This document shows positions 16,367 to 27,499 of a stretch of 64,000 nt of DNA, one piece after another. This DNA is from Alphaproteobacteria bacterium. GTDB taxonomy: Bacteria > Pseudomonadota > Alphaproteobacteria > Bin95. A model generated the notes under the pieces. That model was not told the DNA's origin, did not search any database, and worked only from the letters and a program-made list of their open reading frames with translations. Numbering within the stretch: the stretch's first letter is position 1; each line of letters opens with the position of its first letter. Location of the stretch: the NCBI GenBank assembly GCA_963665325.3, contig OZ224045.1, positions 608,001-672,000 of the forward strand, written 5' to 3'. Made by a program: the position numbers and the translations under genes.

Positions 16367-17705
16367 GCGCGCGGGCCGCCTTCGCCTGTTCCCGCGCCAT
16401 GGCCGGCGCCTCGCCGGTGTAGCGGGCGGGATCGAGCAGCGCGGCGATCCGCGGCCCATCCAGATGGGCGGCTATTTCCGGATCGGCGGCCAGCAGGTCG
16501 CGGAATCTGCCCTCGCCCCGGGCCGCCGCCTGCGCCGCCTCATAGACGACGTCGTGCGCTTCCTGCCGGCCGAGCGTCTCGCCGAGAGCCAGCATCAGCG
16601 GCTCCGCCATGATGAGACCGTCCGAGAGGTCGAGATTGGCGCGCATCCGCTCCGGCTTCACGGAAAGGCCCTCCATGATCGCAATGAGGCGCGAGAGCAT
16701 GTCGCCCGCCCCGACGCAGGCCTGCTCCAGCCCGCGCCGGATGAGCATGGAGGTCGCGCGGTCGGCCTCGTGCTCGGTCTGCATGCCTTCCAGCACCAGC
16801 GGCAGGGCGGCCCGCACCTGCGCGGCAGCCGCGACGATGTCCTGGCTGAGGATGGGATTGCGCTTCTGCGGCATGGTGGAAGATCCGACCGTGCCCCGCG
16901 GCACCGGCTCCTCCAGTTCGCCGAACTCCTGCTTCATGCCGGTATAGACCTCGCGCCCGATCTTGGCCGAAGTCGATGCCAGAAGCGCCAGAAGCGCCAC
17001 ATATTCTCCGAAATGGTCGCCTTGGGTGCGGGAGGGCACGGGCATCGAGCCCATGCCGAGATGCGCCGCCATCCGCTCCTGGACCCGGAAGCCGTGCTCG
17101 CCGAATGAGGCCAGCGTGCCCGCCGCACCGCCCAGCATGGCGACGAATGTGCGGCCTTCCAGCCCCCGCAGACGCTCGACATGCCGGGCCATCTCGTCGA
17201 TCCAGACCGCGACCTTGGCGCCGAATGTCGTCGGCACGGCGTGCTGGCCGTGGGTGCGGCCCGGAAGCGCGGCATCGGCCCAGGTTTCCGCAAGCCCGGC
17301 CATCGCGTCGAGCGCGCGCCCGATCTGACCCAGCAACACCCCATGCACCCGGCGAAGCAGCAGCAGATCGCCCGTCTGAACGATGTTCTGGGTCGTGGCG
17401 CCCCAGTGCACATACTTGCCGGCATCGTCCTCGCAGATCTCCGAGAGCTCCCAGACGAGCGGCACCAGTTGATGCGCCGTCCGCCTGAACCCTTCGGCGA
17501 GGCTCTCCCGGTCGATCAGTTCGAGCTTCGCCTTGGCCGCAATCTCTTCCGCCGCCGCTTGCGGGATCATGCCGAGATCGGCTTCCGCGAGAGCCAGCGC
17601 CGCCTCCACATCGAGCCAGGCCTGCCACCGGGCCTCGATATGGAAGAGCGCGCGGATGCCCGGGTCCGGAATTCGCAGGTCAGTCGGGTTGACGCTTGCG
17701 GTCAT
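16344..17705 (-). CDS. Adenylosuccinate lyase / 3-carboxy-cis,cis-muconate cycloisomerase family protein
   Basis: VHWGATTQN, GRTHGQHA, GSSTMPQKRNP fumarase-superfamily signature. Confidence 0.9.
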   Translation of the reverse strand: MTASVNPTDLRIPDPGIRALFHIEARWQAWLDVEAALALAEADLGMIPQAAAEEIAAKAKLELIDRESLAEGFRRTAHQLVPLVWELSEICEDDAGKYVHWGATTQNIVQTGDLLLLRRVHGVLLGQIGRALDAMAGLAETWADAALPGRTHGQHAVPTTFGAKVAVWIDEMARHVERLRGLEGRTFVAMLGGAAGTLASFGEHGFRVQERMAAHLGMGSMPVPSRTQGDHFGEYVALLALLASTSAKIGREVYTGMKQEFGELEEPVPRGTVGSSTMPQKRNPILSQDIVAAAAQVRAALPLVLEGMQTEHEADRATSMLIRRGLEQACVGAGDMLSRLIAIMEGLSVKPERMRANLDLSDGLIMAEPLMLALGETLGRQEAHDVVYEAAQAAARGEGRFRDLLAADPEIAAHLDGPRIAALLDPARYTGEAPAMAREQAKAARALSLELRK

Positions 17706-17785
17706 CGAGTGCCTCTTCGTTCAGCCGGGCCGGACGATGCGCTAGACTTTCCTCATCGGCAAGCACCGGCAAAGGCGGGACGGAC

Positions 17786-18592
17786 ATGGCACTTCGGGTA
17801 GGCATAGGCGGCTTCGGCACGATCGGCCGGGAAGTGGCTACCGCCATCGACGGGGGAATCGAAGGACTGGCGCTCGCCGCCGTATCGGCGCGGGACGCAG
17901 CCCGCGCGGAGACGCGGCAGGCAGGGTTTCGAACGCCGGTGCCGGTCGTTTCCCTGGGCGAACTGGCGGACTGCTCCGACCTGGTGCTGGAATGCGCGCC
18001 GGCAGCCGTTTTCGAAGATGTTGCGCTGCCCGCCATCGAACGGGCGCGGATCTTCATGCCGACCAGCGTCGGAGCGCTGCTGCCGCGCATGCATCTCGTC
18101 GACCGGGCGAAGCAGACCGGCGCCAGGATCGTGGTGCCAACGGGCGCCCTGCTGGGCCTGGACGCCGTCAAGGCGGCGGCGGAGGGCACCATCCACCGTG
18201 TGACCATGGTGACGCGGAAACCGCCCGGCGGGCTCGCCGGCGCGCCTCATCTGGTCGAGAACGGGATCGAGGTGGACGGGCTGACGGAGGCGAAATGCGT
18301 CTTCAGGGGCAGCGCAAGGGAGGGCGCGCGGGGCTTTCCCGCCAATGTCAATGTCGCCGCTGCGCTCTCACTCGCCGGCATCGGGCCCGACCGCACGGAG
18401 CTTGAAATTTGGGCGGACCCGGACGTGGACCGCAATCGGCACAGAATCGAGGTCGAGGCCGAATCGGTACGCTTTACGCTGGAGATCGCAGGTGTGCCCA
18501 CGGACGAAAATCCACGAACGGGAAAAATCGTCGCCCCGAGCGTGATCGCCTGCCTGAAGAGCCTTACCCAGACGCTCAGGGTCGGGACGTGA
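17786..18592 (+). CDS. nadX: L-aspartate dehydrogenase
   Basis: GFGTIG, GALLGLDA, TRKPP, FPANVNVAAAL, NPRTG. Confidence 0.88.
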   Translation: MALRVGIGGFGTIGREVATAIDGGIEGLALAAVSARDAARAETRQAGFRTPVPVVSLGELADCSDLVLECAPAAVFEDVALPAIERARIFMPTSVGALLPRMHLVDRAKQTGARIVVPTGALLGLDAVKAAAEGTIHRVTMVTRKPPGGLAGAPHLVENGIEVDGLTEAKCVFRGSAREGARGFPANVNVAAALSLAGIGPDRTELEIWADPDVDRNRHRIEVEAESVRFTLEIAGVPTDENPRTGKIVAPSVIACLKSLTQTLRVGT

Positions 18593-18619
18593 TGCCAGTA
18601 CCGGGCACCGGCGTGCCGG

Positions 18620-21600
18620 CTACCGGGCGGACTTGCCGTCCGGTGGTTCGTCGGGGTTCCAGTCGCGCCCTTCGGCGCCAAGCAGGGGACCGAACAGGCC
18701 TCGGAGGAAACCGGGAGCAAGGACCGTAAGCGGGTTCACCTTGGTCCGGGGGGCGTCCACAGGCCCATTCAATTCGTAAGTCGCAGCGAACAAGCCTTCG
18801 CCACCTCCTGTCAGCAGGCCCCCGATCAACGGAATTTTCTCCAGGACACGACTGACGAAGTAGACCGGGACCAGCACCCCGTCGAGCGCGACCGTCTCTC
18901 GATCCCGGTCGAATTCCCCGCGAAATGTTACGCCGATGGAAGTTCCGAAGGCCCGGCCCGGACCGAGTCCGATATGGCGGTTCCCTATCCTCACGGGTGT
19001 CTCCAGGCGCTCGAAGCGAAGACCCGCGTCGCTGGACAAAGCGTCGCCGATGCCGGTGATCGAGGCTGCAGCAAGGAGTCGGGCCAGGACGGGGGCGTCC
19101 CTTATCCGGAAATCCTTGACGAGCAGCGAACCCTCGTAGTCGTCCAATGCCCCCGCAGGACCTGAAGCGTTGAAGCGCAAAAGGCCGCCCCGCATGTTGC
19201 GGTACCAGCCAAGCGCGGAAAGCAGCGCGCCGGTATCCTCGGCTTCGACCGTCAGCCTGGCCTTGTCCGCGTCGGGCCGGAGGGAGACCGATACAGCCCG
19301 ACCGCCCTCTGTGAGGGCTTCCGCCGTTCCCTCGAGTAACCGTTCGCCTTCCATGCGGACCTGTGCGCTGAGTCCATGCAGCGGCGCATCGCCTCCGAGC
19401 CAGGCACGGTCGGTATCCAGAAGAATGCCAAGTCGGTCGCCCCCCTCTCGCGGGGACCTTTCGCCGTCTTCCCCCCCCAGGTAGCGCGAGAGATCGACAC
19501 TCGGCCCCGATACTCGGATGGAGACCGCTCCGTCGGATGTTGGCAGGACATCGACCGCAATGTCGGTTCGTTCCCCGAGCCGCAGCCGGTCGAGCGAGCC
19601 TTCGATCAGGCTGTTGTTCGCAATGTCGTAGCGCCCCCTGCCGACAAGTTCGAGAGCCGGCCCGGCAGCAACGACCGAAGACGCTTCGAGCAGGCCCTCG
19701 GGCCCGCGTCGAAAGCTCGCTTCCAGCCAGGCCGGCTCGCCGCCCGGCTTCGCCCAGCCCAGCGGATCCAGCTGGACTTCGCTCTTCCCCAGGCCGGCCT
19801 TGACAGTGTAGTCGGTCGTCCCCGTCCGAAATTCGGTCGCGGCAACGTCGATTTCGACAAGCCCGTTTACGTACGGCGAAAGGTCGAAACCCAGACGGGC
19901 TCGCCCGCCATCGTCGACGGTGGTGCGCAGCCTGTAACGGGACTCCACCGGCTCGCTTTCCAGAAATCGCCGCTCGAAATCGAATGTCGCCGGCTGCCCG
20001 TCGAGCGAGCCGCCGCCGGAAACGGCGAAATGCCGCTTGTCTACCTTCACGTCGATCCGCGCGCCTTCGAGGTTCGTCCTGAGCGCCGTGATAGGCATAT
20101 GGACATCTTCTGCCTCTCCTTCCGCTTCGACCTCAACATCTTCGAATGCCAGTGATTCGAGGAGCGGCAAGCCTACGCGGAGGCGGAACGCAGCATCGCC
20201 CCGAGCTGCCGCCGGGTCCACCTGCAGATAGCGGGCATAGCCGAGCGGCTCGCGGTCGAGCACTTCCAAAACACGGTTCAACGGCCCTTCGAACCGCGCA
20301 TCGACGGCCAGCCTGGAAGGCGGTTTTTCGCGGTTCAAGCCGACGAAATCCACCTTGGCGCCGGCGATCGCGATATCCCGGTACTTTCCGCCCGACAGTG
20401 TCAGCGCGAACGACTTCGCATCGAAGGTAGCAGTGCCGTCGATATCCTCGAAAGGCGGAAGCGGGCGCCAATAACGCGCGGTGACGCCGGAAAAAGACAG
20501 GTTGCCGTCGATTTCGGGCGTTCGGACATCGAAGCCGTGCTCGACCGCAATATCGGCATCGGCGACGATCCCGGCACCGTCTATCCGGCCCCGGCTCAAA
20601 TTCGACACGACCCAATCCCGCGCTCCCGGCGATCCCATGTCGGGAGGCCATAGAAGCCTGAGGTCGTCCACCGGAATGGCTGCCGCCTCGGCCTCCAGGT
20701 GCACGTTCCATGCCGATTCCATGCGCTTGGCGCTGCCGACGGCTTCGACCTGACCGCGGCCCAAGTCCAGGTCCAGCTTCTCGACCAGCACCTGCCCGGC
20801 TGCAAGGTCCATCTGGAACAGGGCGCTGCCGCCCTCGACGGCGACGGCATCCGCCCCGGAGCCGCCGACCCGCAGCTCGCCGGCGCCGATGTTCAGTCCT
20901 GCATCCAGCGCGGCGGGCCGGAACTCCGCATCGAACGTCCACGCCACGGTGCCGGAAATAGGGGCGTCCAACGCAGCCGCAACGGCGAAGCGTGCCGGTA
21001 TCAACGGCAGCAGCAGCTCGGGCAGCACATCCTCCAGATGGGTGAAGGCGGCCAGCGTCCCGTCCTGCCGTCCCCCCGCGCCGGACAGCCGCGCCGTATG
21101 GCCGAGCGCTTTGACCTCCACCGCCTCGATCTCAAGCCGCGTGAGCCCGTCGACCGCACGGGCATTAATGGCGACCCCGTCCACAGGCACGCTACGCCCG
21201 GCATCTGCAGAGTCGACGAGGGCGCCGCCGGCTCCGTGCAGGTCCGCAGCGAGCGCAACGACGGCGAAGTCGGGGGCCAAATGGACCGTGACATTACCGC
21301 TAAGCGGCGTCGTCACATGGCCGAGCAGCGCCAACAGCGGATGGGCTCCCGCGATGTCCTGGGGCCGCAAACCGTGAAGTCGGGCCGAAAGCGACGGGCC
21401 GCCCGCTTCACCGGAAGACGACACAGTGAAGCCGACATCCGTTTCCGCTTGGCCGAGGCGCAATGATGCCGCTCCTTCCGCAATCGTGCCGTCCGCCCCG
21501 TCCCGGAAAGACAGGTCGAGCTGGGGTACGCTCCATTTCGCGTCCATGATGTCATCGACAACAATCAACGCCGCCCGGCGTACGCCGAAGCCCGCAATAT

Positions 21601-22092
21601 CGGCATTCCGTCCGCCCGGCCCGGGGCCAGCAGCCCCCGCAGATCGATCTCCGGGGATTTTCCTTCCGTTTTCGTGCCCGATACGGCGAGGAGGGTGACG
21701 GCGCCGTCGGTCCGGCGCCGCAAGGTGGCGCTGACACCGAGCAATTCCACTTCCCGCGGCATGATCCGGCCGCTCAGGACCCCGCTTGCGCTCAGGACGA
21801 ATTCCAGTCCCTGCGTTTCCACCAGCGGCACGCCTTCCAGGTTCACGAGCTTCGCCTCGGAGACCCTGAAACGCAGCAGCCGTTTCCAGCCGGCCCACAC
21901 GGCCTCGACCGAGTCCATTCTTACCCTGTAGCCGTGTTCGGGACGGGAAAGGGCCATCTCCACATGCGGCGCGAGCAAGGCGAGACTCACCGGCCCCTGG
22001 GACAGGCGCCAGACCGCAACTGCCGCCAGCACCAGGACGGAAATCGCGAGGGCCGCCAATATCCACAGGAAATATCGAAGCCTTACCCGCAA
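18620..22092 (-). pseudogene. AsmA-like/YhdP (DUF3971) envelope protein, split by an apparent 1-nt frameshift near 21592
   Basis: N-terminal TM + RLSQGPVSL in ORF 21565-22092; C-terminal IPLIGGLL...GLFA...VNPLTVLAPGFLR in ORF 18620-~21600. Confidence 0.75.
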
Positions 22093-22141
22093 TTGATCGC
22101 TCCGCTTGACCGTTCCTAACTATATGGGACCTATGGGAACG

Positions 22142-24982
22142 ATGACGACAACAGACAGCAGTCCGCTTCCGGCCGACCCGGAATTGGCCGCCCGCCGGCT
22201 GGGTGACTGGCAGGAGCGGGCGGGACCTCTGGACCGTGATACTGCCAGAGGCCGGGCCGTCTGGGCGGCGCTGGGCTCCAGCCCGTTCCTGGCCGATTGC
22301 CTGCTCAGGTTCCCGGACTTTGCGCGGGAACTCACGATCCACGGGCCGGACGGGCCGGTCGGGGACATATTCGAGCGACTGCGGGAATTCGCGCCCGACT
22401 GCGACGCCGACCGCTGGATGCGGTTCATGCGGGAAGAGCGCGCCCGGCTCGCGGCCGCGGTCGCCATTGCCGATATCGCAGGCGAATGGTCGCTGGGACG
22501 GGTGACCGCGACCTTGAGCGGTTTCGCATCTGCCGCTCTGGATGCCGCCGTGCGACACCTATTGGCCACGGGGCACGAATTTGTCGCCACGGAACCGGAG
22601 GGGTCCGGCATCGTCGTTCTCGGCATGGGCAAGCTAGGCGCCGCCGAGCTCAACTATTCAAGCGATATCGACATCGTGCTCATCTATGACGACGCGGTTG
22701 CGCCGGTGCGGCGGCGCGACCGAATCGGCCAGGCGATGGTCCGCTTCGCACGCGACCTCGTCCGCCTGCTCCAGGAGCGCACCGCGGACGGATATGTGGT
22801 TCGGGTCGATCTGCGGCTCCGCCCGGATCCGGCTTCCACGCCGCTGGCGGTCCCGATACGGGCAGCCGAGGCCTATTACGAGAGCATGGGCCAGAATTGG
22901 GAGCGGGCGGCCATGCTTAAGGCCCGCCCGGTGGCCGGCGATCTGGTCGCCGGCCGGGATTTCCTAGACTACATCCGCCCCTTTATCTGGCGGCGCAGCC
23001 TCGATTTCTGGGCCATTCAGGACATCCATTCCATCAAGCGCCAGATCCACGTCCATCGCGGCCACGACAAGCTGGCGGTCGCCGGACACAATGTGAAGCT
23101 CGGGCGCGGCGGTATCCGCGAGATCGAGTTCTACGTGCAGACGCAGCAATTGATCTGGGGCGGCCGCGACATGAGTCTGCGTGTGCGCCCGACCTGCGAA
23201 GCGCTGGAGGCGCTGGTCGCGGCAGGCCACGTCGAGCGCGCCGCGGCCGAGCGCCTCACGAATGCGTACGAGTTCCTGCGCGGGGTTGAGCACCGCATAC
23301 AGATGATTGACGACCGGCAGACCCATGAGCTCCCGGATGAGAATGGACTCGCGGGGTTTGCGCGGTTCATGGGCTACAGCGGGGAACGCGCCTTCGCGGA
23401 TGCGCTGCTGCGCCATCTGGACAGTGTCCGGCAGTTATACGACAGCCTGTTTTCGGATGCCGACACGCTTGCCGAGCCGGGCAATCTGGTGTTCACCGGC
23501 ACGGACCCCGACCCCGGAACGACGGCAACGCTGGCCGAGCTCGGCTTTCGCGATCCGCAGCGCGTTTTCGAGGTCGTGCGCGCCTGGCATTCGGGCTCGA
23601 TTCGGGCAACCCGCAGCGCAAGGGCGCGCGAAATCCTGACGGAGCTGGTGCCCGCCCTGCTGAAGTCCCTGGCCGACGCCCGCGAGCCGGACCGGGCCCT
23701 GTTGGATTTCGACCGGTTCCTGGCACGGTTGCCGCTCGGCGTTCCGGTCTTCGCAATGTTCCAGACCAACCCGCAACTCATCGACCTTGTAGCGGAAGTG
23801 CTCGGGAATTCGCCGTTTCTGGCCGAGCACATGACCCGTCATCCGGGCGTACTCGAAGGCATACTCGCCGGCGGCGCCGTCCCGGACGGCCGAATGCGCG
23901 CGGACCTCGGCAGCGCGCTCCGAGTGTCGCAGACCTATCAGGACGTGCTCGATATCGCGCGCCGCTGGGCAAACGACGCACGTTTCGATGTCGGCCTCGG
24001 TCTGCTCCGGGGCCGGCGCACGCCGTGGGAAGCCGGCGCCGACCTGTCCGAAATTGCCGATGCGACAGTCGAATCTCTGCTGACGGCGACCCTGGACGAG
24101 TTCGCGGAGCGGCACGGCGCCTTTCCGGGCACCAGCTTTGCCATCCTGGCCTACGGAAAATGGGGAAGCGGAGACCTTACGCTGGGTTCCGACCTGGATA
24201 TGGTTGCCGTTTACGATGCGCCAGCGGAGGTAACGCATTCGGACGGTCCGAAGCCTTTGTGGGCGTCGACTTACTTCAACCGGCTGATGCAACGCCTGCA
24301 AACCGCGATCACGGCCCAGACGGGAGAAGGAAGGCTTTTCGAGATCGACCTGCGTCTCAGACCGTCAGGAAATGACGGGCCGCTCGCCATCCATGCCGAC
24401 GGTTTCGACCGCTACCAGAAGGAGGATGCCTGGACCTGGGAGCACATGGCGCTTGTTCGCTCTCGCGTCGCAATCGGTCCGCCGGAACTGGCGGCGCGAC
24501 TGGACGCCATACGCATGGAAGTCTTGGCGAGGCCTCGCCGCGGCCTGCGCCGCACTGTCCGTGAAATGCGCGCGAAGATGGCGGCACAACGCACAACAAA
24601 CGAGCCGTTCGACCTGAAGCACCGCCCCGGCGGCCTGATCGATCTGGAGTTTCTGGCGCAGTATCTGGTGCTGAAACATACGGCCACCCATCCTCCTATC
24701 GCGGAACGCTCGGCCGCTGCAGTCTTCCGCGCTGCGGGCACCGCCGGGTTCGAGAGCGGCCCCGCCCCGTGGGAAGAGCTGGCAGCGGCAGCCCAGCGGC
24801 TGGCCGGCCTGCAAGCCCTCTTCCGGCTGTCGGGCGCGTCTCCGCCGGACCGGATGCCGGCGCTCGCCCGACTTGCCGCAGAACTGTGCGCCTGCGCCGA
24901 TTTCGAGGGCGTGCAGAAACGGATAGAGGAAGACGGCGCTTTGACACGTCAGTTCTTCCGGCATCATCTCGAAGAAAGGTAG
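22142..24982 (+). CDS. glnE: Bifunctional glutamine synthetase adenylyltransferase/deadenylase (start uncertain)
   Basis: MGKLGAAELNYSSDID, RVDLRLRP, NVKLGRGGIREIEF, second GK/DL module. Confidence 0.95.
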   Translation: MTTTDSSPLPADPELAARRLGDWQERAGPLDRDTARGRAVWAALGSSPFLADCLLRFPDFARELTIHGPDGPVGDIFERLREFAPDCDADRWMRFMREERARLAAAVAIADIAGEWSLGRVTATLSGFASAALDAAVRHLLATGHEFVATEPEGSGIVVLGMGKLGAAELNYSSDIDIVLIYDDAVAPVRRRDRIGQAMVRFARDLVRLLQERTADGYVVRVDLRLRPDPASTPLAVPIRAAEAYYESMGQNWERAAMLKARPVAGDLVAGRDFLDYIRPFIWRRSLDFWAIQDIHSIKRQIHVHRGHDKLAVAGHNVKLGRGGIREIEFYVQTQQLIWGGRDMSLRVRPTCEALEALVAAGHVERAAAERLTNAYEFLRGVEHRIQMIDDRQTHELPDENGLAGFARFMGYSGERAFADALLRHLDSVRQLYDSLFSDADTLAEPGNLVFTGTDPDPGTTATLAELGFRDPQRVFEVVRAWHSGSIRATRSARAREILTELVPALLKSLADAREPDRALLDFDRFLARLPLGVPVFAMFQTNPQLIDLVAEVLGNSPFLAEHMTRHPGVLEGILAGGAVPDGRMRADLGSALRVSQTYQDVLDIARRWANDARFDVGLGLLRGRRTPWEAGADLSEIADATVESLLTATLDEFAERHGAFPGTSFAILAYGKWGSGDLTLGSDLDMVAVYDAPAEVTHSDGPKPLWASTYFNRLMQRLQTAITAQTGEGRLFEIDLRLRPSGNDGPLAIHADGFDRYQKEDAWTWEHMALVRSRVAIGPPELAARLDAIRMEVLARPRRGLRRTVREMRAKMAAQRTTNEPFDLKHRPGGLIDLEFLAQYLVLKHTATHPPIAERSAAAVFRAAGTAGFESGPAPWEELAAAAQRLAGLQALFRLSGASPPDRMPALARLAAELCACADFEGVQKRIEEDGALTRQFFRHHLEER

Positions 24983-24987
24983 AACGA

Positions 24988-25452
24988 ATGGCCCTGAATA
25001 TCGGCGATCCCGCCCCGGACTTTAGCCTGCCCGCTGATGGCGAGGGCCGTGTCGCGCTCCACGATTTCTGCGGCCGCAAGCTGGTGCTGTATTTCTATCC
25101 GAAGGACGACACGCCCGGCTGCACCACCGAAGCTCAGGCATTTCGGGACGCTTCCGACGACTTCGACCGGGCCGATGCCGTCATTCTGGGTGTCTCTCCG
25201 GACAAGCCGGCAAGGCACGACCGTTTCAAGGCGAAGTATGGCCTGCCCTTCCAACTCGGGTCGGACGAGGACCATTCGGTAGCAGAGGCCTATGGGGTGT
25301 GGGTCGAGAAGCGTATGTACGGCCGCGTCTATATGGGTATCGAGCGTTCGACCTTCCTCATCGACGAAGCGGGCCGGATCGCGTGCATCTGGCGCAAGGT
25401 ACGGGTCAAGGGCCACGCCCAGGCAGTGCTCAACGCACTTACCGGCGATTGA
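24988..25452 (+). CDS. bcp: Peroxiredoxin Bcp
   Basis: LYFYPKDDTPGCTTEA, ERSTFLID. Confidence 0.95.
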   Translation: MALNIGDPAPDFSLPADGEGRVALHDFCGRKLVLYFYPKDDTPGCTTEAQAFRDASDDFDRADAVILGVSPDKPARHDRFKAKYGLPFQLGSDEDHSVAEAYGVWVEKRMYGRVYMGIERSTFLIDEAGRIACIWRKVRVKGHAQAVLNALTGD

Positions 25453-26656
25453 AGCCACCGGCTAGCAGCAACAGCTTCGCACCGGCCATGACGGCGGCGC
25501 AGGCGAGGCCGACTTCGGCAAGGCCGGCGCCGGCGTCGATTGCGCGCCCGAATGCCGCCGGCGCGAGCGCGCTCGAAAAGACCATCAGCACGAAATAAAC
25601 CGAGCGGATCGCGCCCAGGTGACCGACTCCGTAAACCTCCGCCCAGATGGCGCCCAGCAGGGTCTGCGTCACGCCGCCCGACATGCCGAGAAATGCCATG
25701 AAGAGGAACGCGATCCAGGTCGCCGCGCCCGCCGACAGGGTGAGGCAGGCGGCTATCAGCGGCAATAGCAACGCCGGCAACAGTGCCCGCGCGCCGAAGC
25801 GGTCGATTGCCGGACCCATGGCAAGCGATGTAGCGACCTTGACGACCGCGAAGGCGCTGAAAGCGGCGGCCACGAGCTTCATGTCCCAGCTCCGCTCTGC
25901 GGCCAACGGCACAATATGAAAGGCGAATCCCGTGGACACGAAGGCAGGCACCAGCACCGCCGGCAGGGTCAGCAGGAACCGCCTGTCGCGAAACAGCATG
26001 CTCCAGGCTCCGGAGCGTGCGGACCCGGAGCGGGCGGGCGCCGGCATCCTGGGAAGCAGCAGCATGGCCGACGGCAATATCGCGACGATCAGCAGGATCG
26101 AGGCCGCCCACCAGACTTCGCGCCACCCGAGCCACGCCGCAGCCGCCACGGCAACCGGCGGCAGCAAGGCTTCGCCCAACGGATGCCCGAGCATGACGAT
26201 GCTCAGCGCCTTGCCTCGGTCTCTCTCGAAGTGCCGCGCGGTCGCCGTATGGGCTGTATGGGTGACGAGCCCCTGGCCGAAGAAGCGCAGCCCGCACAAT
26301 GCCACCGTCAATAGGATCGCATTGGCCGCACTCGCCATGAGAGCACAGGCGCCGGCGAGACCGGCGAGGGCGAATGCCGCGTAGCGGCGAAGCGCAATGC
26401 GGTCGATTGCGCGCCCTGCGAATGCGAACGCCGCACCGCTGAGCAGCGTCCCGACCATGTAGAGCGAACCGAAGCCAGCATGGTCAAGCCCGAACTCGGT
26501 GCGAATCGGCGCGCCGAACAGCCCGATATAGAAGGTCTGGCCAAAGCTGGAAAAACAGGCGAGCAGCAGGCCGAACCCGAGAAACGGCGCGTTCGCGACG
26601 ACGAAGCGGAAATAGGAGACCAAGGACCTGACCGGTTGTGTCGGGGGCGTCGACAA
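25439..26656 (-). CDS. MFS transporter
   Basis: SSFGQTF, GRAIDR motif A, ~12 hydrophobic segments. Confidence 0.88.
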   Translation of the reverse strand: MSTPPTQPVRSLVSYFRFVVANAPFLGFGLLLACFSSFGQTFYIGLFGAPIRTEFGLDHAGFGSLYMVGTLLSGAAFAFAGRAIDRIALRRYAAFALAGLAGACALMASAANAILLTVALCGLRFFGQGLVTHTAHTATARHFERDRGKALSIVMLGHPLGEALLPPVAVAAAAWLGWREVWWAASILLIVAILPSAMLLLPRMPAPARSGSARSGAWSMLFRDRRFLLTLPAVLVPAFVSTGFAFHIVPLAAERSWDMKLVAAAFSAFAVVKVATSLAMGPAIDRFGARALLPALLLPLIAACLTLSAGAATWIAFLFMAFLGMSGGVTQTLLGAIWAEVYGVGHLGAIRSVYFVLMVFSSALAPAAFGRAIDAGAGLAEVGLACAAVMAGAKLLLLAGGFNRR

Positions 26657-26706
26657 GCCATAACCGGCCCGCTGGCAAAATGTAACGAGGAAACGGGCGT
26701 AGCTCC

Positions 26707-27492
26707 ATGTCGCACTCCGAATCGCTGTTCGATCTCACCGGCGAGGTCGCCGTCGTCACGGGCTCTACCAAGGGCATCGGCAAGGCTATTGCCTGCCGCA
26801 TGGCCGAGGCCGGGGCCAATGTCGTGGTGTCTTCGCGCAAGGCCGACGCCTGCGAGGCCGTGACGGCCGAAATCAACGAAAAATGGGCGCGCAACGGGGC
26901 CGAGGCCATCTCCTGCCCTACTCATGTCGGACACAAGGAGGAGCTGCAGAATCTGGTCGATTGCGCCGTCGAACGCTGGGGCAGGCTCACCATCGCCGTG
27001 CCCAACGCCGCCGCGAATCCCTATTACGGGCCGATAGCCGGAATACCCGACTCTGCGTTCGACAAGATCATGGAGACGAATATCCGCTCCACCCACTGGC
27101 TGTGCACACTCGCGCTGCCGCATATGGAGGCCGCCGGCAGGGGATCGATCATCATCATTGCGTCGATTGCGGGCCTGAAGGGCAATACCACGCTCGGGGC
27201 CTACGCGATCTCGAAGGTTGCGGAGCACCAGATCGCCCGCAATATCGCCGTGGAATACGGGCCGCAGAACATCCGGGCCAATGCGATTGCACCGGGACTC
27301 ATCAAGACCGATTTCGCTAAAGCGCTGTGGACCGACCCGGTCCGGCTTGACGGCGTCAACCAGATGCTGCCGCTCAGGCGGATAGGGGACCCGGACGAGG
27401 TCGGCTCCGTCGCCGTCTTCCTCGCCAGCCGGGCTGCATCCTATGTCACCGGCCAGGTTATCAATGTGTGCGGCGGCGCAGCCGTTGTCTGA
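26707..27492 (+). CDS. Short-chain dehydrogenase/reductase
   Basis: TGSTKGIG, YAISK, NAIAPG. Confidence 0.93.
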   Translation: MSHSESLFDLTGEVAVVTGSTKGIGKAIACRMAEAGANVVVSSRKADACEAVTAEINEKWARNGAEAISCPTHVGHKEELQNLVDCAVERWGRLTIAVPNAAANPYYGPIAGIPDSAFDKIMETNIRSTHWLCTLALPHMEAAGRGSIIIIASIAGLKGNTTLGAYAISKVAEHQIARNIAVEYGPQNIRANAIAPGLIKTDFAKALWTDPVRLDGVNQMLPLRRIGDPDEVGSVAVFLASRAASYVTGQVINVCGGAAVV

Positions 27493-27499
27493 CAGGCCG

